From assembly GCA_963762565.1 (NCBI GenBank), contig CAVXLD010000012.1, positions 1 through 64,000 of the forward strand: 64,000 nucleotides of DNA. The letters are read 5' to 3'. This DNA comes from an uncultured Verrucomicrobiae bacterium (GTDB lineage Bacteria > Verrucomicrobiota > Verrucomicrobiia > Chthoniobacterales > JAFAMB01). The notes under the pieces are model-generated. The model did not search any database. It was given only the letters and a program-made list of their open reading frames with translations, and was not told the DNA's origin. This document shows, piece after piece, positions 53,768 through 63,083 of the stretch. The position numbers were made by a program, and so were the translations under genes. The stretch's first letter is position 1, and the number at the start of each line of letters is the position of its first letter.

Positions 53768-54195
53768 ATGGCGAATCAGAAACAAACCACATTTAATCCA
53801 AAGAAGGAGGTCTCCGTGATGGCATGGATTGAGAACGACGAAGGCGATGTCTTGCTGGTTCGGCAGACAGCCGGACAAAAGCTTTGGACGCTGCCAGGGG
53901 AAAGGTCAAGCGAAACGAATCGCTTGAGCGTGCCCTAAAGCGCGAGATCCGAGAAGAGACCGGACTCAGGGTTGTAGCAGTTCGTTATCGGCAGATGTAT
54001 GACCGACCCAAGCGCGGAGCAATGACTATCTTGTTCGCAGTCTCCGTGAAAAGGAACCCTACCCGAACATATTTTCCGACTCGTGAAATCGCCGATCTTG
54101 GTTTCTTCGATCGTTTGCCCGCTAACGCCACGCCGTCGGCTAAATTCTTTTGGAAGGCAGAATATTCGGGGAAGCATTTCCACCCTCCAGGTTAA
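53768..54195 (+). CDS. NUDIX hydrolase (frameshift near 53900)
   Basis: VLLVRQ..WTLPG/GKVKRNESLERALKREIREETGL Nudix box. Confidence 0.82.
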
Positions 54196-54419
54196 CACCT
54201 TAAAGACCACATCTCTTTACGGACCAACTGCCTTGGTTTCAAGACGTCGGCAGCAGGTCTTTTCAGTTCCTCCCCTAACCGCTTCTCAGCTTGGAGAAAA
54301 GACTTTCTCCCCGTCGAGCCCCAAAGCGGTCTCTCCTTCCTCTTTCTCCTAGGACGAACCAGGTTCGCCTAATACCACTCCTGTACCAAGTGTCTGGCCA
54401 TCGCCAGATTTACTTCCGC

Positions 54420-54633
54420 CCCGCGGAGGCCTCTCCAGCGCAAGAGTGCCGTCTACGGCTTAAACAGCAGGCTCCCACTCTCTCGGCAAGCCTCGGGGGT
54501 CCCCTCTACTTAAATCCTCAACCCGTCTCGTTCCTCGCGGCTCTTGCGCCTTCCAGGCTTCTTCCGCGGGTCGCTCTGCTAGCGCTTCGCTTTCGGTTCG
54601 AAAAATATGCCCAGCATAGTTTTTCGACCGAAA
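54420..54633. promoter_or_regulatory. Long stem-loop leader upstream of DUF932 (possible ssDNA promoter or priming signal)
   Basis: Inverted pairs cccgcgga/tccgcggg, gcgcaagag/ctcttgcgc and tttcggttcgaaaaa/tttttcgaccgaaa. Confidence 0.4.
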
Positions 54634-54717
54634 CCGAACGTCGAAAAAACTCCGGCAGCTCCCAAAGCCTCGCCTCTCTGCTGCGGCTCACAGAACCAAC
54701 TAACCAAATCGACTAAC

Positions 54718-55135
54718 ATGAGTACAGCGTAAGACAATCACTCCACCAGATCAACAGTCCCTGGAACGGTAGCAATTTCTGATGATGAAATGCGCCGTTT
54801 TGCTCCGAGTGTTTTCGCTTCCCAACCAATCGAAGGCGTTTCGGAAAGGTACAGTTTCCTTCCTACTTCCTCCATTCTCAACGGGATGCGCGAAAATGAT
54901 TGGGTTCCCGTACGCGCACAAGAGCAGAGCACTCGAACGGAAGCGCGGCGCGGCTTCCAGAAACACGTTGTCCGGTTTGCTCGGGTTGAGCATCTCCAGA
55001 ACCTGGGAAAAGAACCAAGTCCGGCCCGAGGTCGTTCTTGTGAACAGTCACGATAAAAGCAGCGCTTACCAGCTTCATTGCGGTCTGTTTCGGTTGGTGC
55101 GCACCAACAAAGATTCGGTGACACGAGGCACATAG
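54718..55135 (+). pseudogene. DUF932/DUF945 mobile-element protein, truncated
   Basis: MRRFAPSVFA..SERYSFLPT, FQKHVVRF and PEVVLVNSHDKSSAYQLHCGLFRLV motifs. Confidence 0.8.
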
Positions 55136-55425
55136 CCACAAGTGTGAATGCGCTGACGGGAAGCCGTCTTGAGTTTGGCTACACAAACATGACGGCAGAA
55201 TTTTTTGTCGAACCTGCTTTGTGCAAGGGGTCTAAACTGATCTTTAAAACTTTTAAGGGCGAGGCGTGAAATTCAAGTTGCTAAGACGCCAATCGGATTA
55301 AGCTGACGATTAAGCAGAAAATCTCGTCCTGATTTTAGGGTGTCTGCTGGGATCAAATTACCTCCACTGTCTGCCTAAAACCGCACGAAGAACGCAGAGC
55401 CCTGCGATTCGGTCGCGCTATCTCT

Positions 55426-56085
55426 TCATCCCTTGCATTTCCACACCGCAATGCCGGTTTCTGAATCTAACACAATGTGATTCGGAATAGCGGCTCCTAG
55501 TCGTTGCCCGGCGCTAAGCAAAAGGGCGTTGTTAGAGCGGCGAGAAAAGCCGTTGGGCCCGTGGTAATGGCCAAAGTGAACAAAATCCGGTTGAGCTTTG
55601 GAAATCATCGCCTGAGCCCGGCCTGGATCATGAATTAACAAAAGCCACGGTATAATGCGTTCAGCTTTCAAACGTTGGCCTTCTTCGATCACAGCATGTT
55701 CTCGCTCAATCGACGATGAAAAAGGGATTGTCGTCACGATGAGTTGTTCGCCGATGCATCGTGTTTGCCCGTCGCCCACAAAGCCGAGCGCATCACCAAT
55801 TTCTTCCAACCAAGACGCCGCATAGCAGGTCTCCCCGCCTTCTACTAATGGCGGTAACACCTCAATCTGATCGTGGTTCCCGGAACAAACAGCTAAGGAA
55901 GTTTTCTGCGTAAGTCGGCGCCAGAATTCTTTTACAAGGACCAGTTGGTCTTCGATCGGGACTTTGCTGAAGATGTTGAGTAGGTCCCCGGCGATCGAGA
56001 CTAACTCATATTTGCTGGCCTCGTCTTCCAACCAACGGAACCAATCCTCCTTATAGTGCAGGTCCGCGGTGAGCAGGATTTTCAT
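55426..56085 (-). CDS. Calcineurin-like metallophosphoesterase
   Basis: ADLH, AGDLL, SGNHD and FGHYH motifs. Confidence 0.88.
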   Translation of the reverse strand: MKILLTADLHYKEDWFRWLEDEASKYELVSIAGDLLNIFSKVPIEDQLVLVKEFWRRLTQKTSLAVCSGNHDQIEVLPPLVEGGETCYAASWLEEIGDALGFVGDGQTRCIGEQLIVTTIPFSSSIEREHAVIEEGQRLKAERIIPWLLLIHDPGRAQAMISKAQPDFVHFGHYHGPNGFSRRSNNALLLSAGQRLGAAIPNHIVLDSETGIAVWKCKG

Positions 56086-56451
56086 GTTGATTCGAGATCC
56101 TCTTCTCTACGGCAGGGCGGCAACCAATTACGCCAAAAAGGGCTAGTTTGGTAGCCCCAAGGATTTATAACCAGTTTAGATCGTCTTGTCTGCTTTTGAT
56201 AAACTCGCTTGCTCTTCCTTTGGCGGCATCACCATTTTTGACGGAGAGGGTTATAGTCAGTGGATCCATCCCCTGACGAACTACGGCCAGACGTTGCTGG
56301 CTGACCAATTGGAGAACCTCAGCCAACACCGCTGGCGGTCCGGCTATTTCCGCGGTCGCAACCGGGTGAAGCAACACACCTTGTCTTCTTCCAAGAGAGC
56401 CCCATGCAGATACGAACAAGTCACCGTCTGAAACGATTCGCTAAGCGTCTT

Positions 56452-56572
56452 ATTACTTATGTGCACTTATTATCACTTATGATCGCTTCCCCAATCGAGA
56501 ATAGGAGCCGAGTGATAATATGTAACCATAAGTAACCATATTCTGATTACATATGATTACTTCTTGGAGATA
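56452..56572. repeat. AT-rich cluster of short direct repeats
   Basis: acttat x3, gtaaccata x2 and tgattac x2. Confidence 0.4.
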
Positions 56573-56767
56573 CCGTCTCAACTTAATCCGCAAGGATTAG
56601 GGGAGACGTCTGTTAGAGCAAAAATGGCGACCGGAAAATGTATCTACTCGAAAAATGTGGGCGGACACTTTGTGTGTTCGCGAGCGTGCGGGACTTGCGC
56701 CCAGCGGCGTTTTTGAGCGATCCGGGTATGCTGAGGATAGTGGAGTCACGGTCAGCAGCCAGCGCAT

Positions 56768-57907
56768 TTAGACCGCAGGAAGAGCCTCAGTTGCCTTCTG
56801 GAGCGCGTCGCGACCAACCGATACGTAAAGCTCATGCATCGCTTCGCTATCGTGCCCGATGAGCGCTTGCGCTACAGCCGCGGGGACACCGGCCTCGTGG
56901 AGCATCGTCGTCGCGGTCCTACGTAGACTGTGAAATGACAGGGGTTCAACGTCTCTCCTGGATTGTCGACCTTTCCCGGCGCTTTTGTGATTCTTCTTTT
57001 CCCGCAATCCAGCGGCTGCAAGCAGATCGGCGAATTGATTGCTGAGATTGCCAGTTTTGTGCTGGCGCTCGACCAAATCAAAAGCTTTCGGGTGGATGGG
57101 CGCTGCTGGATCGTCTGTGACATCCAAGGACGCGATATGCTTTCGAAGAGTCGCCGCCAGCGGAAGAATCATCGTCTTTCCGGTCTTCCGGGTTGAAAGA
57201 CGCAGCTCGTTGCGCAGCAAATCGAGATTGTTCCAACGCAACGTTGCGACATCTCCCAATCGCTGGCCGGAGTAGAGTCCGAAAAGGATCATCGAGCGCC
57301 ATTCATCACTGGCTAGGTCTAAAATGCTGCGTAGTTCCGTCAGGGTAAATGGGCGTTTAATTTTCGATGCTCGTTCCCTCCTAACTGGCTCAACGAATTC
57401 GGTAGGATCTTCCGTGATGACGCTATCTCGCCGGGCGCTCTTAAACATCATTTTGAGAGCTTTAAGATCATGGTTCGCGGTCTTCGCCGAGACTTGCTTG
57501 GTCAACGAATTTCGGTAAGCCACAACATCTTGCTTTGTGATCTCGCGGATGGGCTCATCCACCCGACCGCCAAGAAACTCCACAAATTTGTGCAGACTGC
57601 CGCGGTAAAAGGTCATCGTGGATCGAGCGGTCTCCGCGACCTTGGCGCTCAGCCAATCGTTTAAGTACTGGCGGAAACTGGTCCGCACGATCTTTTCGCC
57701 GGAGAGCTCTTCGTGCAGTCTCACCAAAACAGCTTGCGCTTGTTTGAGGGTTCGCTTGGTCCGTGCTGCCTTCTCGAATTCATCCGCGAGCTTTTGCGCC
57801 GTCTTGCGGCTTGTCTCTTTCGTGGTGATGCGCCGTTGGCGCCCGTTGTGATCGCGAAAACAGGCTGTGAAATACTTTGATTCCGGATGCTTCCAAATGC
57901 TAGCCAT
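56768..57907 (-). CDS. int: Tyrosine recombinase / integrase
   Basis: Arm-binding-like N-terminus, SGQRLGD (R), RKTGK (K), FHSLRRT (HxxR), IGHDS and LY (Y). Adjacent to attR. Confidence 0.95.
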   Translation of the reverse strand: MASIWKHPESKYFTACFRDHNGRQRRITTKETSRKTAQKLADEFEKAARTKRTLKQAQAVLVRLHEELSGEKIVRTSFRQYLNDWLSAKVAETARSTMTFYRGSLHKFVEFLGGRVDEPIREITKQDVVAYRNSLTKQVSAKTANHDLKALKMMFKSARRDSVITEDPTEFVEPVRRERASKIKRPFTLTELRSILDLASDEWRSMILFGLYSGQRLGDVATLRWNNLDLLRNELRLSTRKTGKTMILPLAATLRKHIASLDVTDDPAAPIHPKAFDLVERQHKTGNLSNQFADLLAAAGLREKKNHKSAGKGRQSRRDVEPLSFHSLRRTATTMLHEAGVPAAVAQALIGHDSEAMHELYVSVGRDALQKATEALPAV

Positions 57908-58025
57908 GCCTAATAACATTTCTAATAACATCCAGCATCATCCAAAGCAATCCATGTCTTCTATGACTCCGCGAATCCTCTCTGAAAGCACATCTACGGA
58001 CGTCTCTGGATGGATCTTCGGCGAA

Positions 58026-58052
58026 ACAGGGGTTCGACTCCCCTCGCCTCCA
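58026..58052 (+). repeat. attR core (duplicated ssrA 3' end)
   Basis: Identical to 39464-39490. Confidence 0.92.
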
Positions 58053-58255
58053 GAACTTCGCCCCGTCGTCTCAGGCGCCGGGAGGCTACGTCTGGCAGGC
58101 CAAACTCAGCCGCAGCCCTGACTTTCGAGCTCCAAATAAGGGGCGAAGTCTGTCCGACATAGCCTCCTGGAGTTTCAGACGACAGGGCGACGTCGGACTT
58201 TCGTCGCTGCCACCAGTCCTTGCCATATGTTCGGAGCGGCGACGTTTGGCAGGCC
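58049..58255. repeat. Cluster of three hairpin mini-elements
   Basis: 58049-58099 (-), 58149-58197 (+) and a degenerate ~58198-58254 (-). Confidence 0.6.
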
Positions 58256-58344
58256 AGACTTCGCAACTACACCAAGCGAACTTTCTTAGGCGGAGTGATT
58301 TTGTTAAGATCAGCGGGCCATCAGACCCTCAATATCGAATTTTA

Positions 58345-58716
58345 ATGTTTCACGTCTACGTCATCGTCTCCGAACGTGCTGCAGACCGTTACTACATCGG
58401 CTTCTCATCCCGCCCCGATGACCGTCTGGCCGAACACAACGGTGGCAAAAATTCATACACCGATGAAAGCCTGCGGTGGCTGCAGTCTGACTACATCGAC
58501 CTTCTGCTGGTTCATTGGCCTCGGGGAGGCGCTTCCATCGAAGAGCAAATCGAAGGCTTAAACCGGGTTGTAGACGCGGGCAAGGTTCGGCATATCGGCG
58601 TGCACAACTATAATGTCGCGATGATGCAGATCGCGGTTAACATTTCGAAACCTCTTTACTTTCGCGTCCCAGTCAATGGTCGCAATGGCTGTCATCTCTT
58701 GGTTTGGTCTTCGTAG
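58345..58716 (+). pseudogene. Chimera of a GIY-YIG nuclease N-terminus and an internal aldo/keto reductase fragment
   Basis: MFHVYVIVS..RYYIGFS..DRLAEHNGGKNSYT joined at ~58461 to DESLRWLQSDYIDLLLVHWP...GKVRHIGV.N. Confidence 0.78.
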
Positions 58717-59189
58717 ATGCCCACCATAAGGAGCCATGCGCCCGAAATGAGGAATGCGAATAAAACAATGATTGCGATAGCTGCGATGTAAAGCCCTGCG
58801 TTATATCCGAGAATAAGGAAAATTGCGCCTATAACTTCAGCGAGGTAACAGATTGTGCCGCCCGCAAGCCGCGGCGTGTTCAATCCAATAGAACTCATGC
58901 CCGATCTGATAGCTACAACATAGCCCCTGATGAAGATGCCGGTTGCGATGAGCCAGAGAACAAGCCACTCAAAGCCGAGCACTCCAAGATTTTGATTTCC
59001 CATAAGCGCTAAACTGCACGCCATGAAAACTGCAGTGAAGCCCGTTAGCATGTTAATTGCGCGGTTTTTATGTGTCGTGTTTTGGAGAATGATCTCGTGA
59101 TTGATCGACATCGCGACGAAAATCAAACCTGCAAGTGCCGCCGCGCCGCTGCCCACCATAACAAAAAAGTTATTCCATTGATCCGGCAA
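58692..59189 (-). CDS. Hypothetical membrane protein
   Basis: WNNFFVMVGSGAAALAGLIFVAMSIN...AWLLMV, about five TM segments. Confidence 0.75.
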   Translation of the reverse strand: MPDQWNNFFVMVGSGAAALAGLIFVAMSINHEIILQNTTHKNRAINMLTGFTAVFMACSLALMGNQNLGVLGFEWLVLWLIATGIFIRGYVVAIRSGMSSIGLNTPRLAGGTICYLAEVIGAIFLILGYNAGLYIAAIAIIVLFAFLISGAWLLMVGIYEDQTKR

Positions 59190-59493
59190 ATAAATATTTT
59201 CCCCTCAGTTCTAATTCCAGCACGGGTACGAGCCCTGGACACAGGGTGGCCCACATCTGTTAGCCCTAAATGTTTGGGTGTCCTAGGTCCCGCCTTTGCA
59301 ACCTGGGAACGCTAGCTCATTCGGCCGACTCTCGTCAATCGCCGCAAATGTCTCAATTCGTTACTTGGCCTGATATCCGTCGGCGCAATCGGCGAAAAAA
59401 GCTGCGACCATTGGCCGCCCTCATATTTGGCGCTGGCTGATCCTCTCCCAGCCGATTGGTTTTCTTTGCGGAGCAACCGGAAAGATATTTAGT

Positions 59494-59511
59494 TGACTGT
59501 CTAGACGCTTA
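59494..59511. promoter_or_regulatory. Putative TetR operator overlapping the tetR promoter
   Basis: tgactgtctagacgctta overlaps the TTGACT -35 element. Related to 60112-60129. Confidence 0.55.
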
Positions 59512-59526
59512 TTATATTGTTCGTGC

Positions 59527-60093
59527 ATGTCCCGGCCGAAGAGTGACGAGAAACGCAGTGCCATCCTGGAGGCGGCTACGCGCATAATCGTTACTCAAGG
59601 GTTGAGTGCACCCACGGCAGGCATAGCCAAAGAAGCCGGCGTTGCCAATGGTTCGCTCTTCACCTACTTCGGGACCAAAGCGGAGCTTTTCAACCAGCTC
59701 TACGTTGAGTTGAAGGCAGAAATGGCCTCCGCTACCATGAGGAGCCTTCCGGAGAAAGCTGAATTGCGTGAGCAGATGTTTCACATCTGGCAGAACTGGA
59801 TGAACTGGGCAGTGTCGTTTCCCGAGAAGCGGCGAGCATTGGCTCAGCTCGGCGTATCCGACGAGATCACGCCGGCGACCCGGGCAGCCGCGCACAAGAC
59901 CATGGCAGGAGTCGCCGAGCTCTTGGAACGGACTCGAACAAACGGTCCCATGCGCAGGGTCCCGATGGGTTTCGTTGTCGCCATGATGAACTCAGTGGCG
60001 GAAGCCACCATGGATTTCATGAGTCAGGATTCAACTAACGCGAAGAAGCACTGTAAAGCCGGTTTTGAAGCCCTATGGCGGATGCTGGCCTGA
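59527..60093 (+). CDS. TetR family regulator
   Basis: ILEAATRII..G...IAKEAGVANGSLFTYFGTKAEL. Confidence 0.93.
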   Translation: MSRPKSDEKRSAILEAATRIIVTQGLSAPTAGIAKEAGVANGSLFTYFGTKAELFNQLYVELKAEMASATMRSLPEKAELREQMFHIWQNWMNWAVSFPEKRRALAQLGVSDEITPATRAAAHKTMAGVAELLERTRTNGPMRRVPMGFVVAMMNSVAEATMDFMSQDSTNAKKHCKAGFEALWRMLA

Positions 60094-60111
60094 TTTTTTT
60101 TGGCGTAGTAA

Positions 60112-60129
60112 TGACTGACTAGACAGACA
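60112..60129. promoter_or_regulatory. Putative TetR operator upstream of the SDR gene
   Basis: tgactgactagacagaca, an imperfect dyad centred on CTAG. Confidence 0.55.
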
Positions 60130-60158
60130 ATCAATTTAGCAGAAAGGAAAACGTTTTT

Positions 60159-60905
60159 ATGAAAATCGCAATTATCACAGGTGGAAGTCGAGGGATAGGA
60201 AAAAGCACAGCGCTCAATCTAGCGAAACGGGGTATTGGGGTCATTCTTACCTACAACAGCCATGCGGAGGAAGCAGAAGCTGTTGTAGCGGAAGTTAAAA
60301 AGACCGGTGGAAAGGCCGTAGCGCTTCAGCTGGACGTGACCAGAGTCAAATCGTTTGGGGGTTTCGCAGCCCAAGTTTCGCAAACTCTCGACGAAGATTT
60401 TAGCCAGAAGACCTTCGATTATCTCGTCAATAATGCCGGTATCGCCCAGCGTACTTTGATCAAAGATGTAACCGAAGAACAATTCGATGAGTTAGTAGAT
60501 GTTCATTTCAAGGGTGTCTTTTTCCTTACCCAGAAATTGATCCCGCTAATGTCGGATGGGGGACATGTGATTTTTGTTTCGTCGGCTTTAACCCGTCTCA
60601 CGAGCGGAGCCGGCGTTGCCGTTTACGCTGCGGCAAAGGGCGCCATAGAAGTCATAACGCGATATTTCGCTTCTGAATATGCCAAGCGGAAAATCCGCGC
60701 AAATTGCGTGGCTCCAGGCGCCCTGGACACCGATTTCGCCGGAGGAAGAACGGATGAGCTGAGAAAATTCATCGGCGAGCACACGCTGCTTGGGCGTATT
60801 GGCCTAGCTGATGATATCGGACCTCTGATCGCTGTGCTCCTTTCCGATGATAGTCACTGGGTGAACGCGCAGAGAATTGAAGCCACCGGTGGAACAGCTG
60901 TGTGA
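60159..60905 (+). CDS. SDR family oxidoreductase
   Basis: TGGSRGIG, LVNNAG, YAAAK and NCVAPG motifs. Confidence 0.95.
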   Translation: MKIAIITGGSRGIGKSTALNLAKRGIGVILTYNSHAEEAEAVVAEVKKTGGKAVALQLDVTRVKSFGGFAAQVSQTLDEDFSQKTFDYLVNNAGIAQRTLIKDVTEEQFDELVDVHFKGVFFLTQKLIPLMSDGGHVIFVSSALTRLTSGAGVAVYAAAKGAIEVITRYFASEYAKRKIRANCVAPGALDTDFAGGRTDELRKFIGEHTLLGRIGLADDIGPLIAVLLSDDSHWVNAQRIEATGGTAV

Positions 60906-61045
60906 CCTAAGGCGACGTTTTGTAAGGGGGAGCAGTTCGTCCTTATTCTGCTGAGGGATTATCTTTTAAGCCGGTTCTTCCCTTCCCCGAAAAATCTCCT
61001 CACTTCCCATAAATCCGTAAGGTGCTTCCTTCTCATACATAGGCT

Positions 61046-62176
61046 ATGCGCTTTACACAAACCCCCGTCCTCCGGAAATTCTCGATCGCGCTTTTAGGCG
61101 CGTTGATCGGCGGATCCACCTATGCGCAACCGGAAACGCCGATGATTAAAGAAGTTAGCGTTGAGATCATCTGTCCGCTTACCGGTCCCAATTCAAAGGT
61201 CCCTACCCTTATGAAAACGCTCGATCTTTGCGGGACCGATTTGGGAATCATGACTGAAGCTGATGGACGCATCTTTTTCGCCTTTGGTGATACCTTCGGT
61301 TATCCCTGTTCGGGACCTGGTGGCCCGAATTGGCGATCTAACACGCTAGGCGCTACAGCAAATCATAATCCGGATAATGGCGTCGAGTTGACGGATTGGC
61401 TCACCAACTCCGACGGCACGGCCAAAGCGATCATCCAAGGCGCTCATCAACCGCCGTTCACCGGCAAACATGGTGAGCAGACCAAAATCCCCACTTCGAT
61501 GGTGACCGTCGGCGGCCGGATCTATCTAGACTACATGTCGGTGCACGGTTTTGCCGCCAAGGGCGGTGTTTGGGACTGCAATTATTCGCAGTTCCTTTAT
61601 TCCGATGACTTCGGGAAGACATGGACCCCTGCCGCAATAAAATTCGGGGACAGCAATTCTAACTTCAACATGTTAGCGCTCACTGATGAAAATGGCTCCG
61701 GCAATGAACTTACCCGGTATGCGTATGCCATCGGGACACCATGCGGCCGCTTTGGTGATGCCAAGTGCGGCCGAGTCATTAAGGAGAATGTGCTCGACCC
61801 TGGCGCCTGGGAATATTATGTGGCCGGGAAAGACCCCGCACATACTTGGACCCCGGACCGGTCTGCGGCATCCGAGGTAATTCCAGCACCGGTCGGAGAA
61901 GGATCGATATTATGGGATCGATGGATTAACCGCTGGCTGTTCACTTATCTCAACGAGAACACGGCTCAGATCGAGCTTCGGGAAGCCCCGAATCCGTGGG
62001 GACCATGGAGTGTCCCGATCGCCTTGGCCACAGCACAACAATTCCCGCAGCTATATGGCGCGTTTATGACCCCGTCGTTTCTTCGGGACTCAGGTAAATC
62101 GTTGTATTTTGTGATGTCGATGTACGGTCCCTACGAGGCGTTCCTGATGAAGGCGGAATTGGAGACGTACCAATAG
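61046..62176 (+). CDS. Secreted DUF4185 domain protein (beta-propeller, glycosidase-like)
   Basis: GTDLGIM, FAFGDTFG, NWRSN, PVGEGS, PWGPWS and QLYGAF motifs. Confidence 0.82.
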   Translation: MRFTQTPVLRKFSIALLGALIGGSTYAQPETPMIKEVSVEIICPLTGPNSKVPTLMKTLDLCGTDLGIMTEADGRIFFAFGDTFGYPCSGPGGPNWRSNTLGATANHNPDNGVELTDWLTNSDGTAKAIIQGAHQPPFTGKHGEQTKIPTSMVTVGGRIYLDYMSVHGFAAKGGVWDCNYSQFLYSDDFGKTWTPAAIKFGDSNSNFNMLALTDENGSGNELTRYAYAIGTPCGRFGDAKCGRVIKENVLDPGAWEYYVAGKDPAHTWTPDRSAASEVIPAPVGEGSILWDRWINRWLFTYLNENTAQIELREAPNPWGPWSVPIALATAQQFPQLYGAFMTPSFLRDSGKSLYFVMSMYGPYEAFLMKAELETYQ

Positions 62177-62177
62177 A

Positions 62178-62447
62178 GGAGCTAGGAGCTAGAATCTAGG
62201 AGGGTTCTTTGGTGGGGCGAGGCTCCGGACTAGCCGACAGGACATCGCAGGGCGAGATGGCATTTCATTGACACACAGGATGCAATACCTGAGAGCAGCC
62301 GAGCCGTCGGTCGCACAATCCTCGGCTCGGCAGCTTTTTGATGATGCGCCCGGTCGATCGGTGAACATCATCCTGCCCTGTGACCCTCTCTCGGTCATTC
62401 GGGAGCCTCGCCCCACCAAGAAACAGCCCTACTAGCTCCTAGCTCCC
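62178..62447. repeat. Heptamer (TAGGAGC) inverted arms enclosing a REP pair
   Basis: ggagctaggagctagaatctagg vs ctagctcctagctcc, with inner ggtggggcgaggctcc vs ggagcctcgccccacc. Same heptamer at ~11722-11752. Confidence 0.7.
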
Positions 62448-62456
62448 GGCCTTAAT

Positions 62457-62894
62457 TTACTTCTTGAAACTGACGCGATCGTCCGTCTCCAGGTAGTCAG
62501 CGAGCGTGCTTTTCGCTGGGTCGAGCCCCAACTTGGCGCATTCGCCATCAAACCATTCTCTTTTCTCGGGGTCGCCATGCGGATTGTAAGATTCGACCCC
62601 ATCCGACCATGCCTTCACCTCAGCCGGGCTCTTGGTGGCGCCATGTTTGTTGAACCAAGCCAAGACTTCTTCATCGCTGGCGCCGGACTGCAGCACTCCT
62701 TTGACGTCGTCAGCCTTGACTCCTTTGAAGTCGAACAGGTTCTGATCGAGCGGACAGGCGTAATGATATTCACCGACGGTCCCATTGATGGTCGCGCGGC
62801 CTTTATCAATCATTCGCGCCATCAAGGCATAATCGCCGAGTCGTGTCCGCGGGCTCCGCGGAGCTTCTTTCGTCAGGTCTTTTGTAGCTGGCAT
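62457..62894 (-). CDS. DUF5069 domain protein (second paralog)
   Basis: APRSPRTRLGDYALMARMIDKGRA, GEYHYACPLD, SDEEVLAW and LETDD motifs. Confidence 0.82.
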   Translation of the reverse strand: MPATKDLTKEAPRSPRTRLGDYALMARMIDKGRATINGTVGEYHYACPLDQNLFDFKGVKADDVKGVLQSGASDEEVLAWFNKHGATKSPAEVKAWSDGVESYNPHGDPEKREWFDGECAKLGLDPAKSTLADYLETDDRVSFKK

Positions 62895-63083
62895 AGGTTT
62901 TTGCTCCTTCGACAGAATGTTGTAGGAAAGACGTTCAAAATAAGGCAGCCAAGCAGCCACTTAAACGTCAATCGTCGTTAATACAGCACTTGCTGTTTAA
63001 GGTGTCAAATTACTGAACGCTTCAACACGAGCAGCAACTCTTACTCGTTTGAGTATAATCCCGATAAGCAGGTTGGCGCTCTT

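Larger units (their letters stand above)
39464..58052. mobile_element. Integrative genomic island (~18.6 kb) in the ssrA 3' end
   Basis: 27-bp direct repeat at both ends, adjacent tyrosine integrase, TA pair, HTH, rep, DUF932 and Tn3 remnant. Confidence 0.92.

Noticed and set aside
57980..58025. Extended ssrA homology upstream of attR
   Set aside because: Only scattered 3-5 bp matches; not distinguishable from chance by eye.
58026..58052. tRNA gene
   Set aside because: Only a T-arm and 3' acceptor strand identical to the ssrA end are present, with no matching 5' half.
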